DNA from: Camelus ferus
Taxonomy: Eukaryota
Direction of reading: 5' to 3'
Length of the DNA: 64,000 nucleotides
Assembly: GCF_009834535.1 (NCBI RefSeq)
Contig: NC_045699.1
Location: forward strand, 64,232,001-64,296,000
The notes under the pieces were generated by a model. That model had not been told where the DNA came from. It was given only the letters and a program-made list of their open reading frames with translations, and made no database searches. How positions within the stretch are numbered: the first letter of the stretch is position 1; every line of letters begins with the position of its first letter. This document shows, piece by piece, positions 62,423 to 64,000 of the stretch. A program made the translations under genes and the position numbers.

Positions 62423-62960
62423 GATTACTAGAAACGTTTGGGCTAAGCATCTGACTTTATTATCTGAAACTAGTAAACAAGACTTGAAATTATTAATACC
62501 ATTTTATCATATATAAAATCTCTATCTGCACTTATCCTGTTGGCAAAGTTAGAAACTAGGAAGAGATTAAGTTTAGAACTGGATTTGAATTTAAAATCCC
62601 CACTATTAATGCCACCCCTATCAACTTAGTTTCACTTAAACAACACCGTATGTCTTTTAACTAGTTTTATTATTTGAAATGGGTCTGTAACACTTGGTTT
62701 GAATTTAATTTGTAATCTGTATTAAAGTGTTAGAGTTAAAATGGTCTATTAGTAAATTTATTAAGGCTTATAGTTTTCCATTTGTACATACGATGCTAAC
62801 TGATACAATAAAACATGTTAACCCAGGGAATCCATGGGGTTTTTTTTTTTCTTTTTAAAGGAATCTGTATATTACATAAGTTTGATGACTACTGTTCTAG
62901 AGGACTTACCAAAAAGTGGTCCAAAAGTGACCCTCAACATTTCAATACATAGAGCTTAAA

Positions 62961-62970
62961 TCCCTGGGGA
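62961..62970. promoter_or_regulatory. Perfect Olf-1/EBF (O/E) palindrome
   Basis: TCCCTGGGGA fits TCCCNNGGGA. Function is inferred only from the OR-cluster context. Confidence 0.4.
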
Positions 62971-63339
62971 CGGGAAGGATGTAGGGGAATAACTTACATC
63001 TCTTCTTTCCTCAAGTTGTAAATTATGAGACTTAGCAATTGTGATCGCCACACAGAAGTCAAAAACTTTTGCTCCAAGCTGAGGGTCTCTGTTACACTAG
63101 GCTGTAATTTCTACAAATTCGGATTTATTTTGAGTCCCAGAATTCCTGTGCTCAAAGCAGCCAGGAATAGGCTCAGGACTCAGGCCAGATAGAGGAGGAA
63201 GGCGCATCAGGCCTGTGAAGGATGGGTGCTGGAAAAGAGTTGGCTGACGACATGTTGTAAATTGACCAGGATGAAAAGGGGATGCATTCCTCCAGGAAAG
63301 AAAAGGCTCCAAGGTATATGAGAGGGTAATGATGATAAG

Positions 63340-63680
63340 ATACTAGTTAATACATGTTGAGTGTTGACTATGTGACAGATGCCATGAAGCACTACATATT
63401 CTGTTCATTTTATGCTCACAATAGCACTTCCGAGTTAGTACCATGAAATGCAGTATAGCTAGCTAAGTGTTTAGGCTAATAGACTGCGAAGTTGTAACTC
63501 CACCCTGCCTCTTACCAACCATGTGACCTTAGGCAAATGTCTTAATCTATATGTACCTCAGTTTTCTAATCAGTAAATGAGGGTAATAACAGTTCATACC
63601 TGGTGAAGCTGTTAATGAGTAATAAATGAGATTGTGTAAAATGCTTAAAACATGGCCTTATACATAGGAAACAGCACACA
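63340..63680. mobile_element. MIR fragments
   Basis: cttaccaaccatgtgaccttaggcaaatgtcttaatct...ctcagttttctaatcagtaaatgagggtaata. Confidence 0.75.
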
Positions 63681-64000
63681 AGAATTGCTATTCCTGTTGA
63701 AATATTTCAAAAGTAGATAACATAGGTTCTCCACAGTCTTAATTTAACAAAGATTCAGAGCTGGTTTTGAGTTTAAAATCCACCCTATAAATGCCACCGC
63801 TGTTGATTTAGTTTCACTTAAACAACATCACAAGCCTTTTAATTAGTGTTCTTATTTGAAATGTGTCCACAACACTTGGCTTGAATTTAATATGTATCTT
63901 TATTAAAGTTTTAGAGTTAAAATGATATATTAGTAAATTTACTACTAAATTTATTATTAGTAAATAATAATGAATTTTTTATTATTTACTATATATATAT

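Larger units (their letters stand above)
62575..63941 (+). repeat. Diverged direct repeat pair, about 185 bp each (62575-62760 and 63757-63941)
   Basis: Colinear identical blocks: tttaaaatcc, aatgccacc, ttagtttcacttaaacaaca, ttatttgaaatg, aacacttgg, ttgaatttaat, tattaaagt, ttagagttaaaatg, tattagtaaattta. Confidence 0.92.

Overview
This is a mammalian class II olfactory receptor (OR) cluster. tRNA-Ala-derived vic-1-type SINEs and the L1 3' ends point to a camelid genome. The gene order matches the OR1Q1-OR1B1 segment of human 9q33.2 and mouse chr2. Six single-coding-exon OR loci are present: an intact OR1J-type gene (2799-3743, +); a probably intact OR1AK-like gene with 148 nt masked (9588-10520, +); OR1Q1 with one +1 frameshift (22586-23531, +); an OR12K-like pseudogene with two frameshifts (31985-32968, -); a second OR1J-type gene with one -1 frameshift (41888-42825, -); and an intact OR1B1 (51475-52431, -). 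Most of the remaining sequence is L1, L2, MIR, LTR, DNA-transposon and SINE debris, and nearly all other ORF-track entries are antisense shadows or L1 remnants. I found no CRISPR array, rRNA or genuine tRNA gene, and no clearly novel system. The best leads are: a diverged upstream module shared by the two inverted OR1J-type genes; a homeodomain/EBF-site-rich, locally duplicated region 5' of OR1B1 (candidate cluster enhancer); an L1 with an intact 5' tip but an abnormally short 5'UTR; and N-runs that preserve codon spacing exactly, which makes the single-base frameshifts suspect. Subfamily names and synteny come from recalled sequences, not from a database search.
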